Assembly (NCBI GenBank): GCA_965140415.1 | Contig: OZ223209.1 | Location: 3,520,001-3,584,000, forward strand | Direction: 5' to 3' | Source: Myxococcota bacterium | Lineage (GTDB): Bacteria; Myxococcota_A; SURF-8 | DNA: 64,000 nt | Shown: piece by piece, positions 21,149 to 29,752 of the stretch | Numbering within the stretch: the stretch's first letter is position 1 | Layout: each line of letters opens with the position of its first letter | Program-made: the position numbers and the translations under genes | The notes under the pieces: model-generated | Told to the model about the DNA's origin: nothing | The model's database searches: none | What the model saw: the letters and a program-made list of their open reading frames with translations, nothing else

Positions 21149-22438
21149 ATGTTTACAATCAGTCTTGTTCTCCGGCTTGCTCTGCTTGCGATTTTCGTGC
21201 ATGTAACTACCGGTTGCGATAGCGGCTGTCCTGACGGTATGCGGGAATATCAGGATGACTGCATCCCGATCTCAAGCGACCAGACCCACAGCGATCCGGT
21301 GATCATCGACGGAGATGACAGCGAGCCGGAAATCTATATCCCCACACCAATTCCAATCGACTACAACAGCTTGCCGACCGATTCGGGAGAAGAACCGGAG
21401 ACCGTGGACAATCTGGACAACACCAACGTACCAGAGGATACTGCAGGGCTCGTATTCTGGATCGAAGGCACACCTGGCGGCATACTATGGCCAGAGCAGA
21501 TCCGCGACCCGGAAGACAACCTGGTTTACGACTTCATGACCGATGCGGAAGATGGCTCCATCAATGATTCGTTCGATTTCCATTATTACCCCGACAGCAG
21601 CCTGTCGCTGTTTCTGCCGAACACACCTCGCCTCCCCTTTTCCAGTGGCGACTGGTCGATTAAAATCGGTTCGGATGGTAGCACGGAGCCTTCAGTCACG
21701 ATGTTGCGCCGTACGAAACGGCCAGAGGACTACATTCACACCCAGATCAGCCTCAATTTGTGGTTCACCGATTTACCCAACCTAAATGCCACAAATGCAG
21801 GAAGCAATAAAACCCTGGAAAAGTCTTTAGATGTTTTCAAGGAATTATTGGAAACCGCCGGAATTCGTGTAAACAATATCTTCTATCACGATGTACCTTC
21901 CGATGTTGCCCAGCGCTATGCGGACATCAGCGACATGACTGAATTTCATGACATGTTTCCTTTAACCGAAGAAGTAGACAATCCCTGGCCGAACCTGTTT
22001 CTGATTCGCTCTTTCTCCGGCGCCGATCTTGCGGGAGTGATCGGCATGGCCGCGCACATTCCAGGCCCTGCTACTTTGCAAGGCACACGTTATTCAGGAG
22101 TGGCGATTTCGATGGAATACTTCGAGATGTTCCCTCGGATCACGGGTCTGACCATGGCGCATGAACTTGCACACTGGATGGGATTGTTTCATACCAGCGA
22201 AGCCTTCAGCGGCTTTTACGATGCCTTGGATGACACCGCCGAATGCGACCCCAGCAAGGACACCAATCAAGACGGTCTGATCGATATCATCGAATGCGCA
22301 AACTATGGCGGCAACAACATCATGTTCTGGATGGTGCCATTAACCGATGCCTTTGCCATCGGTGAAAATGGAGTCTCTTTTTCTGCCGATCAGAGCTGGG
22401 TGTTGGAACGAAATCCACTGGTGGAATATACTCCTTAA
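21149..22438 (+). CDS. Lipoprotein zinc metallopeptidase (metzincin, M43-like)
   Basis: ATG after GGAGG, TTG-C lipobox-like site, HELAHWMGLFH zinc motif and NNIMFW Met-turn. Confidence 0.8.
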   Translation: MFTISLVLRLALLAIFVHVTTGCDSGCPDGMREYQDDCIPISSDQTHSDPVIIDGDDSEPEIYIPTPIPIDYNSLPTDSGEEPETVDNLDNTNVPEDTAGLVFWIEGTPGGILWPEQIRDPEDNLVYDFMTDAEDGSINDSFDFHYYPDSSLSLFLPNTPRLPFSSGDWSIKIGSDGSTEPSVTMLRRTKRPEDYIHTQISLNLWFTDLPNLNATNAGSNKTLEKSLDVFKELLETAGIRVNNIFYHDVPSDVAQRYADISDMTEFHDMFPLTEEVDNPWPNLFLIRSFSGADLAGVIGMAAHIPGPATLQGTRYSGVAISMEYFEMFPRITGLTMAHELAHWMGLFHTSEAFSGFYDALDDTAECDPSKDTNQDGLIDIIECANYGGNNIMFWMVPLTDAFAIGENGVSFSADQSWVLERNPLVEYTP

Positions 22439-22597
22439 GCCAAGACATATAAGAGCATCCGCATATTGGCTCAATGCGTCATAATGTCTTGACAGCACCT
22501 TTGGCGGTATGGTAGTTCTTGTGGCCACACATCAAGAACCTGTCAGGAAGGCAGGATCTTCGATACATTCAATTGGTTGTGATTATAGGAGGAAACC

Positions 22598-22915
22598 ATG
22601 AACGCGAAAGAAAATATCGCCAAAATCGAAGCGAATCTGAAAAACAAGCCGGATCTGAACAAAACTGTGAACGCGATTTTCAAATTCCAGATCGAAGGCG
22701 ATGATGGCGGCGTGTGGACGCTGGATCTTACCAAATCTCCGGGCGAACTTACCGAAGGTGAAACCGCGACTCCGTCTTGCACGATCATCATGAACACCGA
22801 AGATTTCCAGGCCATGATTGACAAAACCGCCAATCCGATGCAGCTTTACATGCAGCAAAAACTGAAAGTCCAAGGCAACCTGCCGCTGTCCCTGAAATTG
22901 CAGGAAATCCTGTAA
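22598..22915 (+). CDS. SCP2 sterol/lipid-binding domain protein
   Basis: FQIEGDDGGVWTLD...NPMQLYMQQKLKVQGNL; AGGAGG RBS. Confidence 0.9.
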   Translation: MNAKENIAKIEANLKNKPDLNKTVNAIFKFQIEGDDGGVWTLDLTKSPGELTEGETATPSCTIIMNTEDFQAMIDKTANPMQLYMQQKLKVQGNLPLSLKLQEIL

Positions 22916-22938
22916 TTTTTAACCTATTCAGGTTTATC

Positions 22939-22971
22939 AACGAAGGAGCAAACCGCTCCTTCGTTTTTTTT
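22939..22971 (+). terminator. Rho-independent terminator
   Basis: AACGAAGGAGC-aaacc-GCTCCTTCGTT followed by a T-run. Confidence 0.85.
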
Positions 22972-23098
22972 ATGGGAATACAAAATCCGCACATTGCCTT
23001 CAGGATTCGAACACACCCCTACAATCATCCAGCAATTTTGCTTGATGAGTCCGCTAAAACAACAAAAACACCAACAAGTTGTACAGTATTTAATTCTG

Positions 23099-23386
23099 TC
23101 AGGGAAGAGGAACGAGATACACGCGCTCGTTTTCTTTGATCATACCGAATTCTTCACGCGCCAACTGTTCGTAATAGGAAGGATCGCTCTTCAATCGTTC
23201 GATTTCCTGTTCCATTCCAGCGATCTTAATCTTCAATGATTCCACACGGGTTTGAATCTGCTCGTGGCTATAATCCACTTCCTCGGCAGCTTTTAAACTC
23301 TGAAAAGACCGATGCCCGACAAGTAACAAGAGTGCCACCATCGTTACAATTACGCTGTTAACAAGAAATCGATATAGTAACGCCAT
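23099..23386 (-). CDS. ftsB: Septum formation initiator (FtsB/DivIC family)
   Basis: TM helix and coiled coil, then LKSDPSYYEQLAREEFGMIKENE. Confidence 0.85.
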   Translation of the reverse strand: MALLYRFLVNSVIVTMVALLLLVGHRSFQSLKAAEEVDYSHEQIQTRVESLKIKIAGMEQEIERLKSDPSYYEQLAREEFGMIKENERVYLVPLP

Positions 23387-23425
23387 AGTGCAAGACCTGA
23401 GAAAAACACTTCCATTAATATTCTC

Positions 23426-23453
23426 ATTATAGCACAGACGTGTATTAATGCAA
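23426..23453 (-). promoter_or_regulatory. Extended -10 promoter of the ftsB-like gene
   Basis: TTGCAT-16bp-TATAAT with TGn extension. Confidence 0.55.
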
Positions 23454-23545
23454 AGCAATTAATCGTTCTTTGCTGATTAATAGAAAGTATTTATTAATAA
23501 TTATCTATAGTTAAATTTATTAATGAAAAACTTTAACTCATCCGG

Positions 23546-24550
23546 TCAACCGAAATGACAAAATCCTTTGGCGGTTATCTTCTGTATCGAAGCATTCCGA
23601 CCAACAAGCCAAATTCCTTCCTCTGATGTGCAATACCCAATGCACGTCGGTTTAGAGAGCCTTTCCGGCCATTCGGAAGGAAATCCTCGACCTCTTTTCC
23701 AGGTAAACAATAGCGCGTAATCCTCTCCTCCGCGAAGGACATAGTCTGTTGCAGGTTTTTGCTGTGTTGCCGCATATCGCTTCAATTCACGCGGCACAAC
23801 CAGACGGGTTTCTTCGATATTCGCCCCAACGCCACTCTGCTCGCAGATATGTCCCAAATCCCCAAGCAATCCATCCGATACATCGATACAAGCCGTACAG
23901 CCCCCAGATTGCGCCAACCAACGCCCCTGTTCGATCAACGGCACGGGTTTCAAATGAGCCCTACGCATCCCGGTAGGCAATGTCGCTCCACTTTCCAGTA
24001 ATTCCAAGCCGGCACGACTCAATCCCAGTCCTCCCCAAACCCAGATACTGTCTCCTGCGCGAGCTCCTGCGCGCGTGAGTATCTGCTTGCGGTCCACAAC
24101 TCCCATCACCGTCACTGTGATGCTTATCGGCCCTGGTGATCCGGTGGTATCCCCACCTGCCAGTTCGACTCCATGCTTTTTGGCCAACGTTTTCAAACCG
24201 CTATAAAGGTCTGTAATCCAACGCATCGACAGATCAGAAGGAACGGACAGCGCCACCAACGCCGCAACCGGCTCCGCGCCCATAGCTGCCAGATCGCTCA
24301 GGTTGACTGCCAACGCTTTGTGCCCCAGATCCCTGGCGGAAGTCGTCGTTCGCCTGAAGTGGATATCTTCTACAAGCAGATCGGTACTGGCCACCAAACG
24401 TTGACGACTGGGAACGGAGATGGAACAGGCATCATCACCATTTCCAAGTTCCACCAAAGGATGATGGCTGCTGCTTTTCACGATATGATCGATCAGGTCG
24501 AACTCATCTATATCACCGACTCGTTTGTCTATCGGTTTTCTGGTGCTCAT
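23546..24550 (-). CDS. thiL: Thiamine-monophosphate kinase
   Basis: EFDLI, GDDA, NLSDLAAMGAEP, GGDT, DVSDGL and GGEDY. Confidence 0.97.
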   Translation of the reverse strand: MSTRKPIDKRVGDIDEFDLIDHIVKSSSHHPLVELGNGDDACSISVPSRQRLVASTDLLVEDIHFRRTTTSARDLGHKALAVNLSDLAAMGAEPVAALVALSVPSDLSMRWITDLYSGLKTLAKKHGVELAGGDTTGSPGPISITVTVMGVVDRKQILTRAGARAGDSIWVWGGLGLSRAGLELLESGATLPTGMRRAHLKPVPLIEQGRWLAQSGGCTACIDVSDGLLGDLGHICEQSGVGANIEETRLVVPRELKRYAATQQKPATDYVLRGGEDYALLFTWKRGRGFPSEWPERLSKPTCIGYCTSEEGIWLVGRNASIQKITAKGFCHFG

Positions 24551-25278
24551 GGTTTCTCTCCTTTGAGACTTGTTTCCCCCAATTTTGAAAGACCTGCATC
24601 CTCAATCCATCCCAGAGCCGACAGATTCGCAGAGGTCTGCTCGACCATGCTCTGATCGCCGAGTTGTTTGAATTCCTGTCGCGCCTGCAACAACCAGTCA
24701 ATCGCTCCTTCACGATGCCCCATGCGACCTTCCACGACACCGAGATTGGCTTTGTCGCGGGCCATATCATGATGTTCCTTGAGTTCCTGATGCAACGAGA
24801 GGGCCTGACGAAACAAGGCTCTGGCTTTTTCCAACTGACCGTTACGCAAGAACAAGGACGCAAGCTGACTGACATCCGTCGCCTCTCCTCGATGATCCCC
24901 AAGCTTCTGATGGAGCAACATCAATTCGAGCAACGCTTCTTGTGCATGCTGCTCCATGCCATCCTCAAGCAGCATCGTTACATGTTGTTCTAGAAAGAAA
25001 GCAGCTAGGTTTTGTGAGAGGTCGATTCCAACCGCAGGTCGATCTACCACGATGTCACAGACAAGACCAGCCAGATTGAGTTTCTCCATCGATTGGAGTA
25101 CTCGTTGTTCAAGAATTCCAATTTGTTCTGAAAATTCGGAAAGAAGCAAATGTCTATCTTGAAACGCCAGCAACGCGCACCACACGCGACGAGAGACAGG
25201 GTCTAATTCAAAGAAGCTCTGAACGGTCTGCTCACCGTTCCTATCTTCTTGCATGGCGACACTCGCATTCCGGTTCAA
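24547..25278 (-). CDS. TPR protein with possible N-terminal winged helix
   Basis: C-terminal TPR-type helices; N-terminal LSEFSEQIGILEQRVLQSMEKLNLAGLV. Confidence 0.7.
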   Translation of the reverse strand: MNRNASVAMQEDRNGEQTVQSFFELDPVSRRVWCALLAFQDRHLLLSEFSEQIGILEQRVLQSMEKLNLAGLVCDIVVDRPAVGIDLSQNLAAFFLEQHVTMLLEDGMEQHAQEALLELMLLHQKLGDHRGEATDVSQLASLFLRNGQLEKARALFRQALSLHQELKEHHDMARDKANLGVVEGRMGHREGAIDWLLQARQEFKQLGDQSMVEQTSANLSALGWIEDAGLSKLGETSLKGEKP

Positions 25279-25296
25279 TTCATAACATCGACGAAC

Positions 25297-27555
25297 CTAC
25301 TTAAACGATCGGTTGGGCCGAATCTCATCGATTTCATGGTAGAGAATCGGCATCAGACGTTTGACTGCATCGTTATCCGGGTCGAAAATATTATCACTTT
25401 CCAAAGGATCGGTCTTCAGATTATAGAGTTCGTATACCTGGGAGCGCACATTGTACAACAACTTGTAGTCACGATCCACAATACCTTTAATCGATCCTCC
25501 CGGATAGCGAGCGGTCCAGCTTATCGACAAGAAGGCCGGACGGTCACGATATGCAGAATCATCTCCAAACAATAACGGTGCATAGCTGCGCCCACGGAAA
25601 TGGTCCCAACCGTCTTTGAACTGGAGTAGATTCTGGATAGTCGGCATGAGATCGACATGACTGACGACATTTGGTAACCGCTTTCCAGTCAACCCAGGCA
25701 CCCACCAGACCAACGGCACATGCACCGACTCCTCGTAGAGATGATAGCTATGAAACCGTTTTCCGTGTTCCAGGAATTCTTCGCCGTGATCCGCCGTTAA
25801 AATGACAATCGTTTTGTCCCATAATCCCAAAGATTCCATTTTCTCGAAAACGATTTTCAACTTCTGATCGACATACCGGATTTCACCATCGTATCGATCC
25901 AGGTCGCGATCTCCCCACTTGTTTCCCGGATGAGGAACATACGGGGCGTGCGGCTCGAAATAGTGCAGCCACAAAAAGAATTTCTTTTCTTTATTATGAT
26001 TAAAAAATCGTTCTGCATAGTCGGTTACCAAGTCACCCGAAATTGACTTGTTGGCGCCATCGTTATTAAACCGATCGAAGCCCTGATCCTGCCCCCACAT
26101 CTTTTTGTCCATGGTCCAATATGCCGACGTGTAATATCCGTGTGCTTTCAGCGTTTCCGCCAACATCCGGTTCCCTTTTTTAATCGTATGCGGGAAGGTT
26201 TTGGTACTCCATGCAATATCCGAGGGATACATGGACGTATGAATCTGAGGGATCACCCAACGGGTAGCAGGAACATTGCAATAGGCACGGTCGAAGATAA
26301 AGGCTTTTTTCTTGTCGGTCCACTCTACTATGTTGGGAGTTGTTTCGCGCCCATATCCATACAGCGAAACGTTACGAGCACGAGTAGCATCGATACTAAT
26401 GAGAACGACGTTATAGTCCTTCATTTTTGTAGCGATATCCACAGGAACGGTATAGGGCACATCGGTATTTCGATACAAGCCTTTCGGTCTGTCTCCGCCA
26501 ACGCAATTGTCATCACGCTTGTTACCAGGTTTCTCCAGCGCATCGGGATACACCTTGCGATTGAAGGGCATGCAATCGCCTCCGCCCATTATCGCCGGAT
26601 AGCCATCGGCATCGAAATCCATCAACTGGCGGACATTCGTTAAAAGATGACCGGCAAGAATCGTCTTCTTGAACGCCACATAGCGCACCTTGCTGCTTTC
26701 CGCCACCACTGCCAGGATCAAGAAAGCCGCGATAAATGCAGCCGGCCAGATGAAACGACCAAGGTTCACCGCACCAATAAAACGTCCCGCCAACTTGATA
26801 CGCAACGAATGCAACAATAGAACATATCCGGCGATGGCAGCACCAAACAGATATGCCTGGTAGTTTTTGATCATGATAATGGTTCCCCAGCCCTTCCAGA
26901 TGACCAGGGGAACAGCAGCAATCATCAGCACGACAAGTCCCCACAGGATCACGTCGGCTCGAAGATATAGAGTGAAGAGAGACATTCGGCGCAGAACAGA
27001 AAAAAGTTTGAACAGAAAAAGATAGACAGGCATGCCAACCAGTAAAGCCGCCACGCCTACTCCCATTACCGTAACAACGGAAAGTGCGGAAGCAAGCACA
27101 CGGTTCTGGAAGTCAGCTTTAAGTAAGCCGTAGAACGCTCCATAAGCACCAGCCATGAACGCAGCCAGGACGACCAGAGCAGTCAATAATGCAGCCAGTC
27201 GCCTGGTTTCACCACGCCCCATGTTATCGGCAGGAAACAAGCGATAAACCAGGAAACGTACAGGTCGGGTAGATTTAAAAACCCGCTGCATGAAGAAAAC
27301 CATTAATCCCCACAAAATCCCTAACAATCCACCACTGACAAGGTATGTCGTCACCAATAGTACTGCGGATTGAAAGATGATGCTGGAATCTTTCAATGAA
27401 GTCAGAACATCGCGTGGGATATAGTGCAGTTCAAGCAACCCGGCGATTATGCCAATTAATGCCAGATACGCTACTCGGGTTGTGATTAAACTTCCCAAAC
27501 TCGGCAAATCGCCGTCTCTGGAAAGCAGAGATAGTTTTATTGGGGAGATCGCCAT
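25297..27555 (-). CDS. Multi-TM sulfatase-like (alkaline phosphatase superfamily) protein
   Basis: Several TM helices, then NVVLISIDATR, WLHYFEPHAPY, YDGEIRYVD, TADHGEEF and ELYNLKTDPLE. Confidence 0.88.
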   Translation of the reverse strand: MAISPIKLSLLSRDGDLPSLGSLITTRVAYLALIGIIAGLLELHYIPRDVLTSLKDSSIIFQSAVLLVTTYLVSGGLLGILWGLMVFFMQRVFKSTRPVRFLVYRLFPADNMGRGETRRLAALLTALVVLAAFMAGAYGAFYGLLKADFQNRVLASALSVVTVMGVGVAALLVGMPVYLFLFKLFSVLRRMSLFTLYLRADVILWGLVVLMIAAVPLVIWKGWGTIIMIKNYQAYLFGAAIAGYVLLLHSLRIKLAGRFIGAVNLGRFIWPAAFIAAFLILAVVAESSKVRYVAFKKTILAGHLLTNVRQLMDFDADGYPAIMGGGDCMPFNRKVYPDALEKPGNKRDDNCVGGDRPKGLYRNTDVPYTVPVDIATKMKDYNVVLISIDATRARNVSLYGYGRETTPNIVEWTDKKKAFIFDRAYCNVPATRWVIPQIHTSMYPSDIAWSTKTFPHTIKKGNRMLAETLKAHGYYTSAYWTMDKKMWGQDQGFDRFNNDGANKSISGDLVTDYAERFFNHNKEKKFFLWLHYFEPHAPYVPHPGNKWGDRDLDRYDGEIRYVDQKLKIVFEKMESLGLWDKTIVILTADHGEEFLEHGKRFHSYHLYEESVHVPLVWWVPGLTGKRLPNVVSHVDLMPTIQNLLQFKDGWDHFRGRSYAPLLFGDDSAYRDRPAFLSISWTARYPGGSIKGIVDRDYKLLYNVRSQVYELYNLKTDPLESDNIFDPDNDAVKRLMPILYHEIDEIRPNRSFK

Positions 27556-27764
27556 TACTCCATTTCCTTACTTACTGCAAATACAACACGGACGGTCCCA
27601 GTCCGAATAGCTGTCACTTTAAAAGTTACAGACTGCGCACTATACTAAAAAACAAACGCTACGGCAATGCAAGTATCCATTTTTCACAAGCGACTTTCAA
27701 TGAGAATAGGATTACTGGATTCGTTTTCGATGTGAAAAAAGATGAGATAAAACACCAGAGAGTA

Positions 27765-29636
27765 CTACGGATGCTTGGCAAGCGCTTTCATCTTGTCCGA
27801 ATACAAGCGTACTCCACGAGCGATACCTTGGGCAATTTGCTCCTGATAGGCGGAACTGCGTAGCCGCAATTCTTCTGTCGGATTGGAAATAAACGAAGTC
27901 TCAACCAACACCGCCGGCATTCGCGCATACAACAAAACATGAAAAACGGCACGACGAACGCCACGATCCACTACTTTGGAATGTTTTTTCTTGATCTGCT
28001 TGACCAGCGATTTTTGTACCAGATTGGCCAGCATGATCGAATCGGTAATATTGGCGTTCATCGACAGATCCGTAAGGATGAATTCCAGATCCGAAATTTC
28101 TTTCCCCGCCGATTTGTTTTCTCGATCTGCCAGGCGGGAGGAATAGGAATCCGAGGAGTTATTTAAGTAAAATGTCTCGATACCGCTGAATTTCCGTTTC
28201 CGATTGGCATTGCAGTGAATCGACAAGAACAAGTCGGCATTGATATCATTAGCGATACGGGTGCGATCCAGCAATTCCATCGACTTATCACCCGTTCGCG
28301 TCAAGACCACTTTCAATCCCTGCTCTTTTTCCAGAATCCGCTTCAACTTCTTGCTGATCGCCAGCACGATATCCTTTTCATGCGTGCCTTTTCGGCCAAT
28401 CGCACCGGTATCGTCTCCACCATGTCCCGGATCGATCACAATCGTTTTTACTTCAAAGGGAGCCAGCGAGTCTTTTTTCCTGGCGGGAGCCGTGTCAATC
28501 AACTGCTCGACGGATTCGATGGCGCTCTTCTTTTCCTTCTTATCCTTATCAGATGCATTCTCAGCAATCTGAGTTTGATCATTTGGCTCTTTATCTTGCA
28601 GTTTCTGTGAAACCACTACCGTATTCTTAGGAGGAACCTCCTCTTTCTTCGCTTGTGCGACAGGCACCGGCACTGTAGCGGAACCACCCTTTGTTTTGAT
28701 GGAAATTATCGTCATCGGAGGAGAAAGGCTATTGGAAAGCCCAAAGCCACCGGCAATGGCAGACAGCTCAAATACGACCCTGACCGTATCCTGATTGAAT
28801 TGAGCGACCCGAACCCCAAGAACTCGTGCATCCGTCAGAGACCATTCGGTTTGAACATCCTGATTCAGCCTTGTGTTGCTGAAATCAAAAAAGAGACGGC
28901 GAGGCTTCTCCCCAACTGCGGGAATTTCACCCTGAGTCATCGCAGCCAGTTTGGAAAAGCTCAACTGCAACTGTGTATGGTCAGCTTGACTGGCAATTGA
29001 CGCGCCTTTCAAGATGGCAGGTCCGGGATCGGCCATGATAACACGTACCCCCCCGGATTCTTCTTTCAATACCTCTGGCGCTTTAGGTTGATCTTTCGAG
29101 GCTTTCGCATCCCCCCAGTCATCACCCAATTCATGCAACAGGTCGCTGGCAGAGGAGTTCATATCGCCATTGGGGTAGGCTTTCACACAATGTCGAAGAA
29201 CTCGCTTTGCTTCCGAAGATTCTCCAATGCGAACGTAAATCGTTGCCGCATGATACAAGCCGTCGTCGGCCAGAGAAGAGCGCGGGCACTGTTTTGCTAG
29301 CTTCTCGAAGCGCTCCGCAGCCAACTTTCGATCACTTTTCAGGTAGGAAACATCCGCCAGTCCCTGATACAATTTGCCCAGGTTGTAAAGCGAATCACAG
29401 GCACGCGAGTGCTTGGGATAACGCTCCACAATGCGCTCGAACCGTTTGATCTGTTTTTGCCACTTGTCTCGATACTTGTGCAGTCGCTTGGCCTGCTTGA
29501 ATTCGTTCAGACTCTCCTTTGCCTTTTCATAGTCCTGATCGGCACCAGCCCAAACAACGGAGCTAGTAAGCAGCGTAATGCTTATTACAAGACAAACGAC
29601 AACGGCTAGGCATTTACTGAGCATCATGGTTACCAT
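27765..29636 (-). CDS. amiC: N-acetylmuramoyl-L-alanine amidase with TPR and AMIN domains
   Basis: IVIDPGHGG, SIHCNA and AVLVETSFISNP; AMIN-like RVAQFNQDTVRVVFEL; signal peptide. Confidence 0.92.
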   Translation of the reverse strand: MVTMMLSKCLAVVVCLVISITLLTSSVVWAGADQDYEKAKESLNEFKQAKRLHKYRDKWQKQIKRFERIVERYPKHSRACDSLYNLGKLYQGLADVSYLKSDRKLAAERFEKLAKQCPRSSLADDGLYHAATIYVRIGESSEAKRVLRHCVKAYPNGDMNSSASDLLHELGDDWGDAKASKDQPKAPEVLKEESGGVRVIMADPGPAILKGASIASQADHTQLQLSFSKLAAMTQGEIPAVGEKPRRLFFDFSNTRLNQDVQTEWSLTDARVLGVRVAQFNQDTVRVVFELSAIAGGFGLSNSLSPPMTIISIKTKGGSATVPVPVAQAKKEEVPPKNTVVVSQKLQDKEPNDQTQIAENASDKDKKEKKSAIESVEQLIDTAPARKKDSLAPFEVKTIVIDPGHGGDDTGAIGRKGTHEKDIVLAISKKLKRILEKEQGLKVVLTRTGDKSMELLDRTRIANDINADLFLSIHCNANRKRKFSGIETFYLNNSSDSYSSRLADRENKSAGKEISDLEFILTDLSMNANITDSIMLANLVQKSLVKQIKKKHSKVVDRGVRRAVFHVLLYARMPAVLVETSFISNPTEELRLRSSAYQEQIAQGIARGVRLYSDKMKALAKHP

Positions 29637-29675
29637 GGGTTCAATATCGAAAAGTGAAAACGATATATTAAATGG

Positions 29676-29704
29676 ATTATAGCACATTCGACACAAAGTT
29701 TCAA
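29676..29704 (-). promoter_or_regulatory. Sigma70-type promoter of the amidase gene
   Basis: TTGAAA-17bp-TATAAT with TGn extension. Confidence 0.6.
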
Positions 29705-29752
29705 TGACAGTTCAATGAAGATTGGAGGAAAAACGGTAGCAACCTCTTTGAC

